Source: Breznakia blatticola
Lineage (GTDB): Bacteria > Bacillota_I > Bacilli_A > Erysipelotrichales > Erysipelotrichaceae
Direction of reading: 5' to 3'
DNA: 32,000 nt
Assembly (NCBI RefSeq): GCF_004365815.1
Contig: NZ_SODD01000002.1
Coordinates: 90,001-122,000 of the forward strand
Below are positions 16,580-25,484 of this stretch, one piece after another (within the stretch, counting starts at the first letter, position 1; every line of letters starts with the position of its first letter). The notes beneath the pieces are model-generated. The model did no database searches. It was given only the letters and a program-made list of their open reading frames with translations, and was not told the DNA's origin. A program made the translations under genes and the position numbers.

Positions 16580-17235
16580 ATATAGATTATAAAGCAGTCA
16601 TTTTCGATTTCAATGGAACGTTGTTTTTTGATAACGACAAACATATTAAAGCGTGGGGAGAAATTTCAAAAAAACTACGTGGAATCGAACTTCAAGAAGC
16701 TGAGTTGTTGGAACACATTAATGGTGTTCCAAACAACAAAGTTATCCAATATATGTTGGATGGTAAAGCTACTGCCCAACAGATGGAACAGTATTCCTTA
16801 CTAAAAGAAGAAATATATAGAGATTTTTGTAAGAAAGATACGGATACATTTCATTTGGTTAAGGGGAGTGTAGAATATTTTGATAAACTCAAAAGCCAAA
16901 ATATACCATTTACAATAGCAAGTGCATCAATAAAGGAAAACATCGATTTCTTTATAGAATCTTTTGGCTTAGATGTTTGGATTCAACCATCTGATATTAT
17001 ATTTGATGATGGAACTTATAAAAACAAAGTTGCAATGTTTAAAAATGCAGCAAAAAAATTACATACACCAATTGAAGATATTCTAGTTATCGAAGATTCT
17101 ATCAGTGGGATAAAAAATGCAGCAGAAGCTGGATGTCGCAATATTGTTGTGGTCGATTCAGCAAATCAATATGAGATTTATAAGAAACTACCTTATGTAA
17201 AAAAGGTAATTAAGGATTTTACAGAATTAGTATAA
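16576..17235 (+). CDS. HAD-superfamily hydrolase, subfamily IA (beta-phosphoglucomutase/sugar-phosphatase-like) with atypical motif I
   Basis: ATG overlaps the lacG stop (ATGA 16576-16579). Motif I is IFDFNGT (DxN, not DxD), motif II FTIASAS, motif IV VIEDSISGIKNAAEAG. A cap domain lies between motifs I and II. Confidence 0.8.
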   Translation: MNIDYKAVIFDFNGTLFFDNDKHIKAWGEISKKLRGIELQEAELLEHINGVPNNKVIQYMLDGKATAQQMEQYSLLKEEIYRDFCKKDTDTFHLVKGSVEYFDKLKSQNIPFTIASASIKENIDFFIESFGLDVWIQPSDIIFDDGTYKNKVAMFKNAAKKLHTPIEDILVIEDSISGIKNAAEAGCRNIVVVDSANQYEIYKKLPYVKKVIKDFTELV

Positions 17236-17267
17236 GTAAAATTCATGTGTGAAAAAAGGGGACAAAA

Positions 17268-19475
17268 ATGAATAAAATAATTAAAAATGGAACCATATTC
17301 TTAATGGGTGTTTTCATTGTGCTTACATGTTTAGCGAACTATAAACATCCTACAATGATGAAAGATGAAGATGCAAATGAAGAAATAAGTGTTCAAAAAG
17401 TAGATAATTTGAGTAGTGATTTTATACTGGGTGCAGATGCATCAAGTGTAATATCTGTTGAAGATAGTGGAGGGAAGTACTATAACTTTGATGGAGTAGA
17501 ACAAGATGTGTTTGAGATTATGGCAGATGCAGGGGTCAACTACATTCGTGTAAAAGTATGGAATGACCCATATGATGAAAATGGCAATGGGTATGGTGGA
17601 GGAAACTCCGACTTAGCGAAAGCGATTGAAATCGGAGAACGTGCAACTGCAAATGGAATGAAACTCTTAGTTGATTTTCACTATTCAGATTTTTGGGCAG
17701 ATCCAGGTCGTCAAAATGCACCAAAAGCATGGGAAGGATTATCAGCAGATCAAAAAGCTGTTGAAATATACAATTATACAAAAGAAAGTTTAGAAGCTTT
17801 TCAAACAGCTGGTGTTGATGTTGGTATGGTTCAAGTAGGAAATGAGACAACAGGTCAGGGAATCTGTGGAGAAACAAAACTAGAAAATAAAGTTAAGTTG
17901 TTTCATGCAGGAAGTAAAGCGATTCGTGATGTAAATTCAGATATTAAAGTGGTAGTACATTTTACAAATCCTGAAAAAGGAAATCCATATAATTATACAA
18001 AAGAATTATATGATGCAGGAGTAGACTTTGATGTTGTTGCTACTTCATACTATCCAGTGTGGCATGGAACTTTAGGACAATTATCAACGCAATTAAATCG
18101 AATTGCTGATGATTTTGATAAAGAGGTGATGGTAGCCGAAACAGCGTATCCTTATACATTGGCAGATGGTGATGATCAAGCAAACTTAATTAAAAACACA
18201 AACCAACTTAAAGGATATGAAGCTTCAGTTGATGGCCAAGCGGATATGTTTAGAGATGTTGTTAATACCGTAAATAATGATGTAAAGAACAATAAAGGGA
18301 TTGGTGTCTTTTATTGGGAGAATACTTGGATTCCAGTAAACGAAGGAAAAGGAAAACGCGCTGATAACTTAGCGTTATGGGAAACGTATGGATCAGGATG
18401 GGCAACAAAAGCTGCAACATCATATGATAAAAGTCCTACAGGTAGTGGGATTGCAACTACTTCAAACTATGGTGGTACTGAAGTTGATAATCAAGCGATG
18501 TTTGATTTTGCTGGACATGCTTTACCTTCATTGAATGTATATAAGTATGTTTTTACAGGTTACAACGAAGAACCTGAAGTAGATGTAATAAACCTTCTCC
18601 AAAATCCAGGATTTGAAGATGAAGATATGACAATGTATGATATATCGCAAAGTTATGTATCTCGTAAAACGGATGATCCACTTACTGGTGATTATAGTGT
18701 GCACTTTTATAATGAGGAACCAATTGAATTTGAGATAAGTCAAGAAGTGAGTCTACCAGCAGGTAAACATAAATTCACACTACATATTCAAGGTGGGGCA
18801 AATACAGATACTTCAGATATTTATTCATTTATTGAAATCGATGGAGAGAAAAATCACAAACAACGTATCGAACTTGATGGTTGGTGCAATTGGCAAGAAC
18901 CAACGATTACTTTTGATTTGGAATCCGAAGCGACAGTAAAAGTTGGTCTGTATGTAAAAGCAGAAGCGTTCAGTTGGGGAACTAGTGATGATTGGCAACT
19001 TGTTACAAAAGAGAAATTGAGCATAGTTAATAAAGATAACTTACAAGAGCTAATCGACAAAGCAATTCCACTGGAACAAGCAGATCTTTATACATCATCA
19101 ACTTGGGTAAACTATGTAACTGCTTTAGATCATGCAAAATTTGTGTTAAATGATGTGCAAGCAACACAAGAACAAGTTGATGAAGCAATTCAATTATTAA
19201 CACAAAAGCAAGCAGATCTTAAGAAGCTTCAAATAGATAGCAGTGACGAAAATAAACAGAATAATCAAAGTGATAAAGAAAATAATGATTTAAGTAACAA
19301 AAATCAAAATATTAATAATCAAAATGATAATACAAAAAACAACGAAGCATCAAAGAATCCAAGTATTGCAACTTTTGATGCAAGTAATAAAGCCGCATGG
19401 TTACTTCTTGTGCTGGCTTCACTTAGTATAGTAGGCATCACAGTAAGAAAAAGACTAAACTATCGTAATATATAA
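17268..19475 (+). CDS. Secreted, cell-anchored arabinogalactan endo-beta-1,4-galactanase (GH53) with CBM, FIVAR-like domain and C-terminal membrane anchor
   Basis: N-terminal signal/anchor (IFLMGVFIVLTCLA). GH53 hallmarks are GADASSV..EDSGGKYYNFDG, GVNYIRVKVWNDP, VQVGNETTG (acid/base Glu) and VMVAETAYPY (nucleophile Glu). They are followed by a CBM4_9/22-like start (NLLQNPGFED), a FIVAR-like helix pair (WVNYVTALDHAKFVLND...QVDEAIQLL), an N/Q/D-rich linker and a terminal hydrophobic helix plus RKRLNYRNI. Confidence 0.85.
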   Translation: MNKIIKNGTIFLMGVFIVLTCLANYKHPTMMKDEDANEEISVQKVDNLSSDFILGADASSVISVEDSGGKYYNFDGVEQDVFEIMADAGVNYIRVKVWNDPYDENGNGYGGGNSDLAKAIEIGERATANGMKLLVDFHYSDFWADPGRQNAPKAWEGLSADQKAVEIYNYTKESLEAFQTAGVDVGMVQVGNETTGQGICGETKLENKVKLFHAGSKAIRDVNSDIKVVVHFTNPEKGNPYNYTKELYDAGVDFDVVATSYYPVWHGTLGQLSTQLNRIADDFDKEVMVAETAYPYTLADGDDQANLIKNTNQLKGYEASVDGQADMFRDVVNTVNNDVKNNKGIGVFYWENTWIPVNEGKGKRADNLALWETYGSGWATKAATSYDKSPTGSGIATTSNYGGTEVDNQAMFDFAGHALPSLNVYKYVFTGYNEEPEVDVINLLQNPGFEDEDMTMYDISQSYVSRKTDDPLTGDYSVHFYNEEPIEFEISQEVSLPAGKHKFTLHIQGGANTDTSDIYSFIEIDGEKNHKQRIELDGWCNWQEPTITFDLESEATVKVGLYVKAEAFSWGTSDDWQLVTKEKLSIVNKDNLQELIDKAIPLEQADLYTSSTWVNYVTALDHAKFVLNDVQATQEQVDEAIQLLTQKQADLKKLQIDSSDENKQNNQSDKENNDLSNKNQNINNQNDNTKNNEASKNPSIATFDASNKAAWLLLVLASLSIVGITVRKRLNYRNI

Positions 19476-19506
19476 AGTTTCGAATCTCTGACTTATGATA
19501 ATCAAT

Positions 19507-19536
19507 AAAAAGGTTGGTTTTATGACTAACCTTTTT
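19507..19536 (+). terminator. Rho-independent terminator of the lac/galactanase operon
   Basis: AAAAAGGTTGGT-tttatg-ACTAACCTTTTT (one G-U pair). Confidence 0.8.
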
Positions 19537-19548
19537 ATTAAAATGAAA

Positions 19549-19564
19549 TAGTAAACGTTATCTA
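19549..19564. promoter_or_regulatory. Distal LacI-family operator (imperfect)
   Basis: TAGTAAACGTTATCTA has the same left half as the proximal operator and two mismatches in the right half. Its centre is 77 bp upstream of the proximal site. Confidence 0.55.
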
Positions 19565-19613
19565 TGCATATTTGTCTTATTTAACAAGTCATTTGTATAA
19601 ATTAACAAACATA

Positions 19614-19642
19614 TTGACACGATTATAGTAAACGTTTACTAT
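19614..19642 (+). promoter_or_regulatory. Candidate sigma-A promoter of galR-galKETM
   Basis: TTGACA (19614-19619), a 17-nt spacer, then TACTAT (19637-19642). Confidence 0.6.
19626..19641. promoter_or_regulatory. Proximal LacI-family (GalR-type) operator, a perfect 16-bp palindrome
   Basis: TAGTAAACGTTTACTA equals its own reverse complement. It has the central CG typical of LacI/GalR/CcpA sites and overlaps the spacer and -10 of the promoter. Confidence 0.75.
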
Positions 19643-19663
19643 AAATATGTAAGGGGGCAGTCT

Positions 19664-20674
19664 ATGAAAGTAACAATACATGATGTCGCAAAGAAAGCTG
19701 GTGTATCTGTAGCTACTGTATCAAGAGTAGTAAATGGAAATTATCCAGTAAATATAAAAACAAAGGAAAAAGTACAAGCAGTAATTGATGAATTACAGTT
19801 TGTGCCAAATGTACAAGCGCAGGAAATTAAGCTTGGTGCATCAAAAACAATCGGAGTGATCGTACCTAGTATTGATAACATGTTCTTCTCTGAGGTTGTA
19901 AATGGAGTCGAACGCGCTTTAAATGAGAAAAACTATTCGTTATTATTAACGTTTTCAAAAAACCAAAAGGATATGGAACTTGCTTGTGTACGTAACTTAA
20001 TTGCAAGAAATGTTGCTGGGATTATTATTGCTGACCCGGTTACGGAAAATATGGATCAAGAAAATTTCAAAAGTATTGTTGGAAATGTTCCACTAATCTT
20101 TATTAACGGAGATCCAAGTCACAGTGATTTCTCTTTTGTTTTAAGTGATGAAGTAAAAGGAACTAGAGAAGCACTTGATTTTCTTTGGGAAATAGGACAT
20201 AAAGATATTCTTTTTGTTAGAGGAAATGATAGTTATTCATACGATATCAAACAAGAAATTTTCATCGAGTTTTGTGCACAACATTCACTAGATGCAACAA
20301 ACCGGATTGTGACTAGTGGAGATGGAAATAGTGCGCAAGTAATTGAAAATACAGCTAGACTACTCTATGACGTATTATCCAAGCAAAGATATGATGCAAT
20401 CTTTTGTTGTAATGACTTGATGGCAATGGGATGTATGAGTGCATGTAAGAAGTTACAAATTCAAATACCTCAAGATCTTGCACTTATTGGGTTTGATAAT
20501 ACCTTACTAAGTAAATATTGTAGTCCAATGCTTACTACCGTGGATCAACATATGCATCTACTTGGCTATAATGCAGGTGGATTGGTTTTAGAAAATATTG
20601 AAACAGGACAACGTGGAAAACGCATTGTCTTAAATACAAGTCTGATTGTTCGTGAATCAGCAGCCAAATCGTAA
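19664..20674 (+). CDS. galR: LacI-family transcriptional regulator (galactose operon repressor-like)
   Basis: 336 aa with an N-terminal HTH (VTIHDVAKKAGVSVATVSRVVNG) and a periplasmic-binding-fold sensor domain. It is the first gene of the Leloir cluster and is preceded by palindromic operators. Confidence 0.85.
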   Translation: MKVTIHDVAKKAGVSVATVSRVVNGNYPVNIKTKEKVQAVIDELQFVPNVQAQEIKLGASKTIGVIVPSIDNMFFSEVVNGVERALNEKNYSLLLTFSKNQKDMELACVRNLIARNVAGIIIADPVTENMDQENFKSIVGNVPLIFINGDPSHSDFSFVLSDEVKGTREALDFLWEIGHKDILFVRGNDSYSYDIKQEIFIEFCAQHSLDATNRIVTSGDGNSAQVIENTARLLYDVLSKQRYDAIFCCNDLMAMGCMSACKKLQIQIPQDLALIGFDNTLLSKYCSPMLTTVDQHMHLLGYNAGGLVLENIETGQRGKRIVLNTSLIVRESAAKS

Positions 20675-20687
20675 AGGAGAAAATAAA

Positions 20688-21971
20688 ATGGCAAACATTC
20701 AAACACTCATTGAAGAAATGAAAACCGGAAAACATGATGCAGATTTATTGGAATTATATGTGGATGAAAGTGTAATTGAACGTCAAAAAGCACGTTATGT
20801 ACTTGCACTTGAAACATTCAAAGATCATTTTGGTGATAAAGAGGTTCGTGTATACTCTGCACCTGGGCGTAGTGAAGTTGGTGGAAATCATACAGATCAC
20901 CAACGTGGACGTGTACTTGCTGCTGGAGTAAATTTAGATACGATTGCTGTAGTTGCAAAACGTGATGACGATGTCATTGTGGTAGATTCAGAAGGGTTTA
21001 ACATCAAACCAGTAAATGCTGCAATCTTAGACATCAATGAAAAAGAAGCAGGAACATCTGAAGCAATTATTCGTGGTGTTGCAGCAGGTATCAAAAACAA
21101 AGGTGGAATTATTGGTGGATTTGAAGCGTATATGACAAGTGATGTCCTTGAAGGAGCTGGGTTATCAAGTAGTGCTGCATTTGAAACATTACTTGGAACG
21201 ATTCTTTCACATGAATATAACGAAGGAAGTATTTCTGCAGTCGATATTGCGAAAATTGGTCAATATGCTGAAAATGAATACTTTATGAAACCTTGTGGTT
21301 TGATGGATCAAATGGCTAGTTCTGTAGGAAGTTTTATTACAATTGACTTCAAGGATCCAAAAAACCCAATTGTCGAAAAAGTAGACTTTGATTTTGACTC
21401 TTCAAATCACAGCTTATGTATTGTTGATACGAAAGGAAGTCATGCAGATTTAACAGATGAATATGCATCTGTACCTGCAGATATGAAAAAAGTAGCAAAC
21501 TATTTTGGAAAAGATGTATTACGTGAAGTAGATCCAAATGAATTCTATGCAAATGTAGGAGATATCCGTAATGCGATTGGTGATCGACCAGTACTTCGTG
21601 CATATCATTTCTTTGGCGATAATGATCGAGTGGTTGATGAAGTAGCTGCATTAAAGGCAAACGATTTTGAAACATTTAAAAACTTAGTAAAGGCAAGTGG
21701 AGGTAGTTCGTTTAAATACTTACAAAACGTATACTCAAATAAAAACATCAATGAGCAAAATATCTCAACTGGTCTTGCGATGAGTGAATACTTACTTCAA
21801 GGAAAAGGTGTATGTCGTGTACATGGTGGAGGATTTGCTGGAACGATTCAAGCATTTGTACCAAATGAAATGCTTACAGCATACAAACAAGGAATTGAAG
21901 CAGTATTTGGTGAAGGTAGTTGTTATGTATTAAAAGTCCGTCCATTTGGTGGATATAAAGTATTTGCGTAA
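20688..21971 (+). CDS. galK: Galactokinase-family GHMP kinase (long, divergent-signature form)
   Basis: Start moved to ATG 20688 (AAAGGAGA upstream), giving 427 aa. The galactokinase signature region reads APGRSEVGGNHTDHQRG. GHMP motif GAGLSSSAAFE and C-terminal HGGGFAGT are present. Context with galE/galT/galM supports the call. Confidence 0.75.
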   Translation: MANIQTLIEEMKTGKHDADLLELYVDESVIERQKARYVLALETFKDHFGDKEVRVYSAPGRSEVGGNHTDHQRGRVLAAGVNLDTIAVVAKRDDDVIVVDSEGFNIKPVNAAILDINEKEAGTSEAIIRGVAAGIKNKGGIIGGFEAYMTSDVLEGAGLSSSAAFETLLGTILSHEYNEGSISAVDIAKIGQYAENEYFMKPCGLMDQMASSVGSFITIDFKDPKNPIVEKVDFDFDSSNHSLCIVDTKGSHADLTDEYASVPADMKKVANYFGKDVLREVDPNEFYANVGDIRNAIGDRPVLRAYHFFGDNDRVVDEVAALKANDFETFKNLVKASGGSSFKYLQNVYSNKNINEQNISTGLAMSEYLLQGKGVCRVHGGGFAGTIQAFVPNEMLTAYKQGIEAVFGEGSCYVLKVRPFGGYKVFA

Positions 21972-21985
21972 AGAAAGAAGGAATA

Positions 21986-22963
21986 ATGATGAAAGTACTA
22001 GTATTAGGTGGGGCTGGTTACATCGGTTCACATACGGTTTACACATTAATTGATCGCGGGTATGAAGTTGTTATCGTGGATAACTTGCAAACGGGTTTTG
22101 AAAGTTTAATTCATCCAAAAGCAACCTTTTACAAAGGTGATCTAAGAGATAAAGAATTTTTACTTGATGTATTTAAAAAAGAAAACGTCGATGGAGTCAT
22201 TCACTTTGCGGCAAATTCACTAGTTGGTGAAAGTATGCAAAAACCATTAGCTTACTATGATAATAATGTCTATGGTACGCAAATATTACTTGAAGTGATG
22301 CATGAAACAGGTGTGAAGGATATTGTGTTCTCATCAACTGCAGCAACATATGGTGATGCTAAAAAAATGCCAATTGAAGAAACAGATATCACCAATCCAA
22401 CAAATACATATGGGGAAACAAAACTAACAATGGAAAAAATGATGAAGTGGTGTGACGTTGCATATGGAACAAAGTATGTTGCACTTCGTTACTTCAATGC
22501 ATGTGGTGCACATCCAAATGGGAAAATTGGAGAACTACATCAACCAGAAACGCATTTAATTCCACTTGTGCTACAAGTTCCATTAGGAAAACGTGAATTC
22601 ATTTCTGTATTTGGTGATGATTATGATACACCTGACGGAACTTGTATTCGTGATTACATTCATGTTCTAGATTTAGCTGATGCACATATACGTGCACTAG
22701 AATATTTAAAAGCAGGAAACGAAAGCAATGTATTTAACTTAGGAAATGGTGTTGGTTTCTCTGTACTTGAAATCATTGATGCAGCGAGTGAAGTTGTTGG
22801 TAATTCAATCAATCGTAAAATCGAAGCACGTCGTGCAGGAGATCCTGCTCGTTTAATTGCTTCGAATAAAAAAGCAAAAGAAGTGCTTGGATGGAATCCA
22901 GCATGGACAGACGTAAAAGCAATTATTGAAAGTGCTTGGAACTTTCACAAAGGACAAAACTAA
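21986..22963 (+). CDS. galE: UDP-glucose 4-epimerase
   Basis: 325 aa with Rossmann motif GGAGYIGSH and catalytic YGETK (YxxxK). It is typical SDR extended-family GalE. Confidence 0.92.
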   Translation: MMKVLVLGGAGYIGSHTVYTLIDRGYEVVIVDNLQTGFESLIHPKATFYKGDLRDKEFLLDVFKKENVDGVIHFAANSLVGESMQKPLAYYDNNVYGTQILLEVMHETGVKDIVFSSTAATYGDAKKMPIEETDITNPTNTYGETKLTMEKMMKWCDVAYGTKYVALRYFNACGAHPNGKIGELHQPETHLIPLVLQVPLGKREFISVFGDDYDTPDGTCIRDYIHVLDLADAHIRALEYLKAGNESNVFNLGNGVGFSVLEIIDAASEVVGNSINRKIEARRAGDPARLIASNKKAKEVLGWNPAWTDVKAIIESAWNFHKGQN

Positions 22964-24447
22964 TGGATTACTTAGTAAGTGAATTATTAAATTATGGTAT
23001 ACATACAAACCTTATTGGGGATGAGGAAGTTGTATATAGCGCAAATTTAATATTGGATGTATTAGGGCTTGATACATTTGCACTACAAGAAGTTCATGAA
23101 AATCGAGAATTGGTGGAGATTCTTGATGATATACAAGCACAACAACTAGAAGCAGGTAAATTAGAAGACTTGCAAGCAACAAAAGAGATCTTTCGGGCAA
23201 AACTAATGAATACAATGGTTCCTAGACCACATACGGTTATTGAAAAATTTTATGTGGACTATGAGCAACATCCTAAACATGCAAGTGACCAATATTATAA
23301 TTTTTCGATTCATACAAACTATATTCAAAAAGATCGAATGGGTTTAAATCGTAAGTGGAAAACTGCAACACCATATGGGAAAATTGACATTACAATCAAT
23401 CTAGCAAAACCAGAAAAGGATCCAAAAGATATTGCAGCCGCAAAGAATGTAAAATCTACAGGGTATCCAAAATGTTTGTTATGTAAGGAAAATGAAGGAT
23501 ATGCTGGAACACTTAGTCATCCAGCACGAAGCAATCATCGTATAATTCCTTTACGATTAAATGAGCAAACATATTTTATGCAATATTCACCATATGTGTA
23601 TTACAACGAGCACTGCATTATCTTCAATAAGGAACATAAGCCGATGGCAATTGATCAAAATGCGTTTCAAGCGTTATGTGACTTTGTGGATTTCTTACCT
23701 CATTACTTTATTGGTAGTAATGCAGATTTACCAATTGTGGGAGGAAGTATTTTAAGTCATGATCATTTCCAAGGTGGAAACTATACCTTTGCAATGGCAA
23801 AAGCAAACACACTTGATGAATATGGAAGCACAAGATATGCAGACTTACATTATGGTCGTCTAAATTGGCCAATGTCTGTAATCCGCGCAACCTCTAAAAA
23901 TAAAGAAGATATGGTTTCATTTGCTTGTGATGTACTTGAACATTGGAAGAAGTATTCAGATGAAAAGGTACATGTTCTAGCAAATACAAATGGAGAAAGA
24001 CACAATACGATTACGCCAATTGTTCGTAAAGTAAATGATATATATGAAATGGATTTGGTATTACGTAATAATCGAACAAGTGATACGTATCCAGATGGAA
24101 TATTCCATCCACACAGGCAATATCATAATATTAAAAAAGAAAATATTGGTTTAATTGAAGTAATGGGACTTGCAGTGTTACCTGCACGTCTTGTACATGA
24201 ATTAGATGTGATTAAAGAAAGTTTTCTTCAAGGAAAAGCACAATTGCCTACAGAAATTCGTGTTCATCAAAACTGGTATGAAAACTTGTTAGAAAAACAT
24301 GCAAATATCGATGCTAACAAAGTAGATACGATGTTACAAGATGAAGTAGGACAGGTATTTTTACATGTATTAGAAAATGCTGGTGTGTTTAAACAAGATG
24401 TAGAAGGACAACAAGCATTTACACGATTCTTAAAAACAATTGATTAG
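22963..24447 (+). CDS. galT: Galactose-1-phosphate uridylyltransferase (long, type 2)
   Basis: Start moved to ATG 22963, which shares its A with the galE TAA (TAATG). 494 aa with active-site SHDHFQGG (HxHxQ). The length is typical of Firmicute GalT. Confidence 0.9.
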   Translation: MDYLVSELLNYGIHTNLIGDEEVVYSANLILDVLGLDTFALQEVHENRELVEILDDIQAQQLEAGKLEDLQATKEIFRAKLMNTMVPRPHTVIEKFYVDYEQHPKHASDQYYNFSIHTNYIQKDRMGLNRKWKTATPYGKIDITINLAKPEKDPKDIAAAKNVKSTGYPKCLLCKENEGYAGTLSHPARSNHRIIPLRLNEQTYFMQYSPYVYYNEHCIIFNKEHKPMAIDQNAFQALCDFVDFLPHYFIGSNADLPIVGGSILSHDHFQGGNYTFAMAKANTLDEYGSTRYADLHYGRLNWPMSVIRATSKNKEDMVSFACDVLEHWKKYSDEKVHVLANTNGERHNTITPIVRKVNDIYEMDLVLRNNRTSDTYPDGIFHPHRQYHNIKKENIGLIEVMGLAVLPARLVHELDVIKESFLQGKAQLPTEIRVHQNWYENLLEKHANIDANKVDTMLQDEVGQVFLHVLENAGVFKQDVEGQQAFTRFLKTID

Positions 24448-24470
24448 TCATCAAAGGAAAGAAGGACAAA

Positions 24471-25481
24471 ATGAATATACATAATGAAGTCATTGATAAG
24501 AAAAGTAATATTTTATTATACACACTTGAAAACGAATACCTAACCATCAAAATTACAAACCTAGGTGCTAGTGTTGTTTCTGTGATGTATAAAGATGGCA
24601 CAGATGTCATACTTGGCTACGATGATATTCTTTTATATGATGAGAATCCAAATTATTTTGGAGCAACAATTGGACGGTGTGCAAATCGAATTGCAAATGC
24701 AACCTTTTCATTAGATGGTAAAGATTACGAATTATATCCAAATGATGGAATTCATTCTTTGCATGGTGGAAAAGAAGGATTTAATAAGAAGATCTTTCAT
24801 GCGACAACCATTGCAAACGGTGTGAGCATGCAATATCTAAGTGCGGATGGTGAAGAAGGCTATCCTGGTGATTTAGATGTGCAAGTTGTATTTCAATTAG
24901 ATAAAGAAACATTAAGCATCTCTTATCATGCAACACCTTCAAAAGATACATTGATTAATTTAACCAATCATATGTACTTTGCTTTACAAGGTGAAGGAAA
25001 TGGCAGTATTGAATATCAAACGATGCAAGTACAAGCTAGCACGTTCATGGAAAACCAAACAGATCATTTAGCTACAGGTAAAATTGCATCAGTACAAGGT
25101 CGACCACATGATTTTCGTACAACAAGTTCGATTGTAGATGCATTGCAACATGATGAAGATGAACAAATCAAAACATGTGATGGATTTGATAATTTCTTTA
25201 TTTTTGATGAAGATCAACCAAAGGAAGTTATTGTAAAAGATGCAAAAAGTGGAAATAAACTGATTGTAAAAACAGATTTACCTGGATTTCACTTATATGT
25301 TCCTAACTATGAACCAGCAATTCAAGGCAAACAAAATCATGCATATCATGGAAATTGTGCCTTATGTATCGAAACAAGTTATGCACCTGATGCAATTCAT
25401 AACCAAGAACATCCAGATGTTATATGTAAAGCAAATGAACCTTTTGTTTCTACAACATCTTACACATTTACAAAATCTTAA
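24471..25481 (+). CDS. galM: Aldose 1-epimerase (galactose mutarotase)
   Basis: 336 aa with motifs GATIGRCANRI, HSLHGG, NLTNHMYF and a C-terminal ETSYAPDA-type Glu. Confidence 0.9.
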   Translation: MNIHNEVIDKKSNILLYTLENEYLTIKITNLGASVVSVMYKDGTDVILGYDDILLYDENPNYFGATIGRCANRIANATFSLDGKDYELYPNDGIHSLHGGKEGFNKKIFHATTIANGVSMQYLSADGEEGYPGDLDVQVVFQLDKETLSISYHATPSKDTLINLTNHMYFALQGEGNGSIEYQTMQVQASTFMENQTDHLATGKIASVQGRPHDFRTTSSIVDALQHDEDEQIKTCDGFDNFFIFDEDQPKEVIVKDAKSGNKLIVKTDLPGFHLYVPNYEPAIQGKQNHAYHGNCALCIETSYAPDAIHNQEHPDVICKANEPFVSTTSYTFTKS

Positions 25482-25484
25482 ATT

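Noticed and set aside
19231-19365. Tandem-repeat or array-like DNA (recurring AATCAAAAT / AATAAT units)
   Set aside because: It lies in frame within the galactanase gene and encodes an N/Q/D/K-rich low-complexity linker. There are no regular repeat-spacer units.
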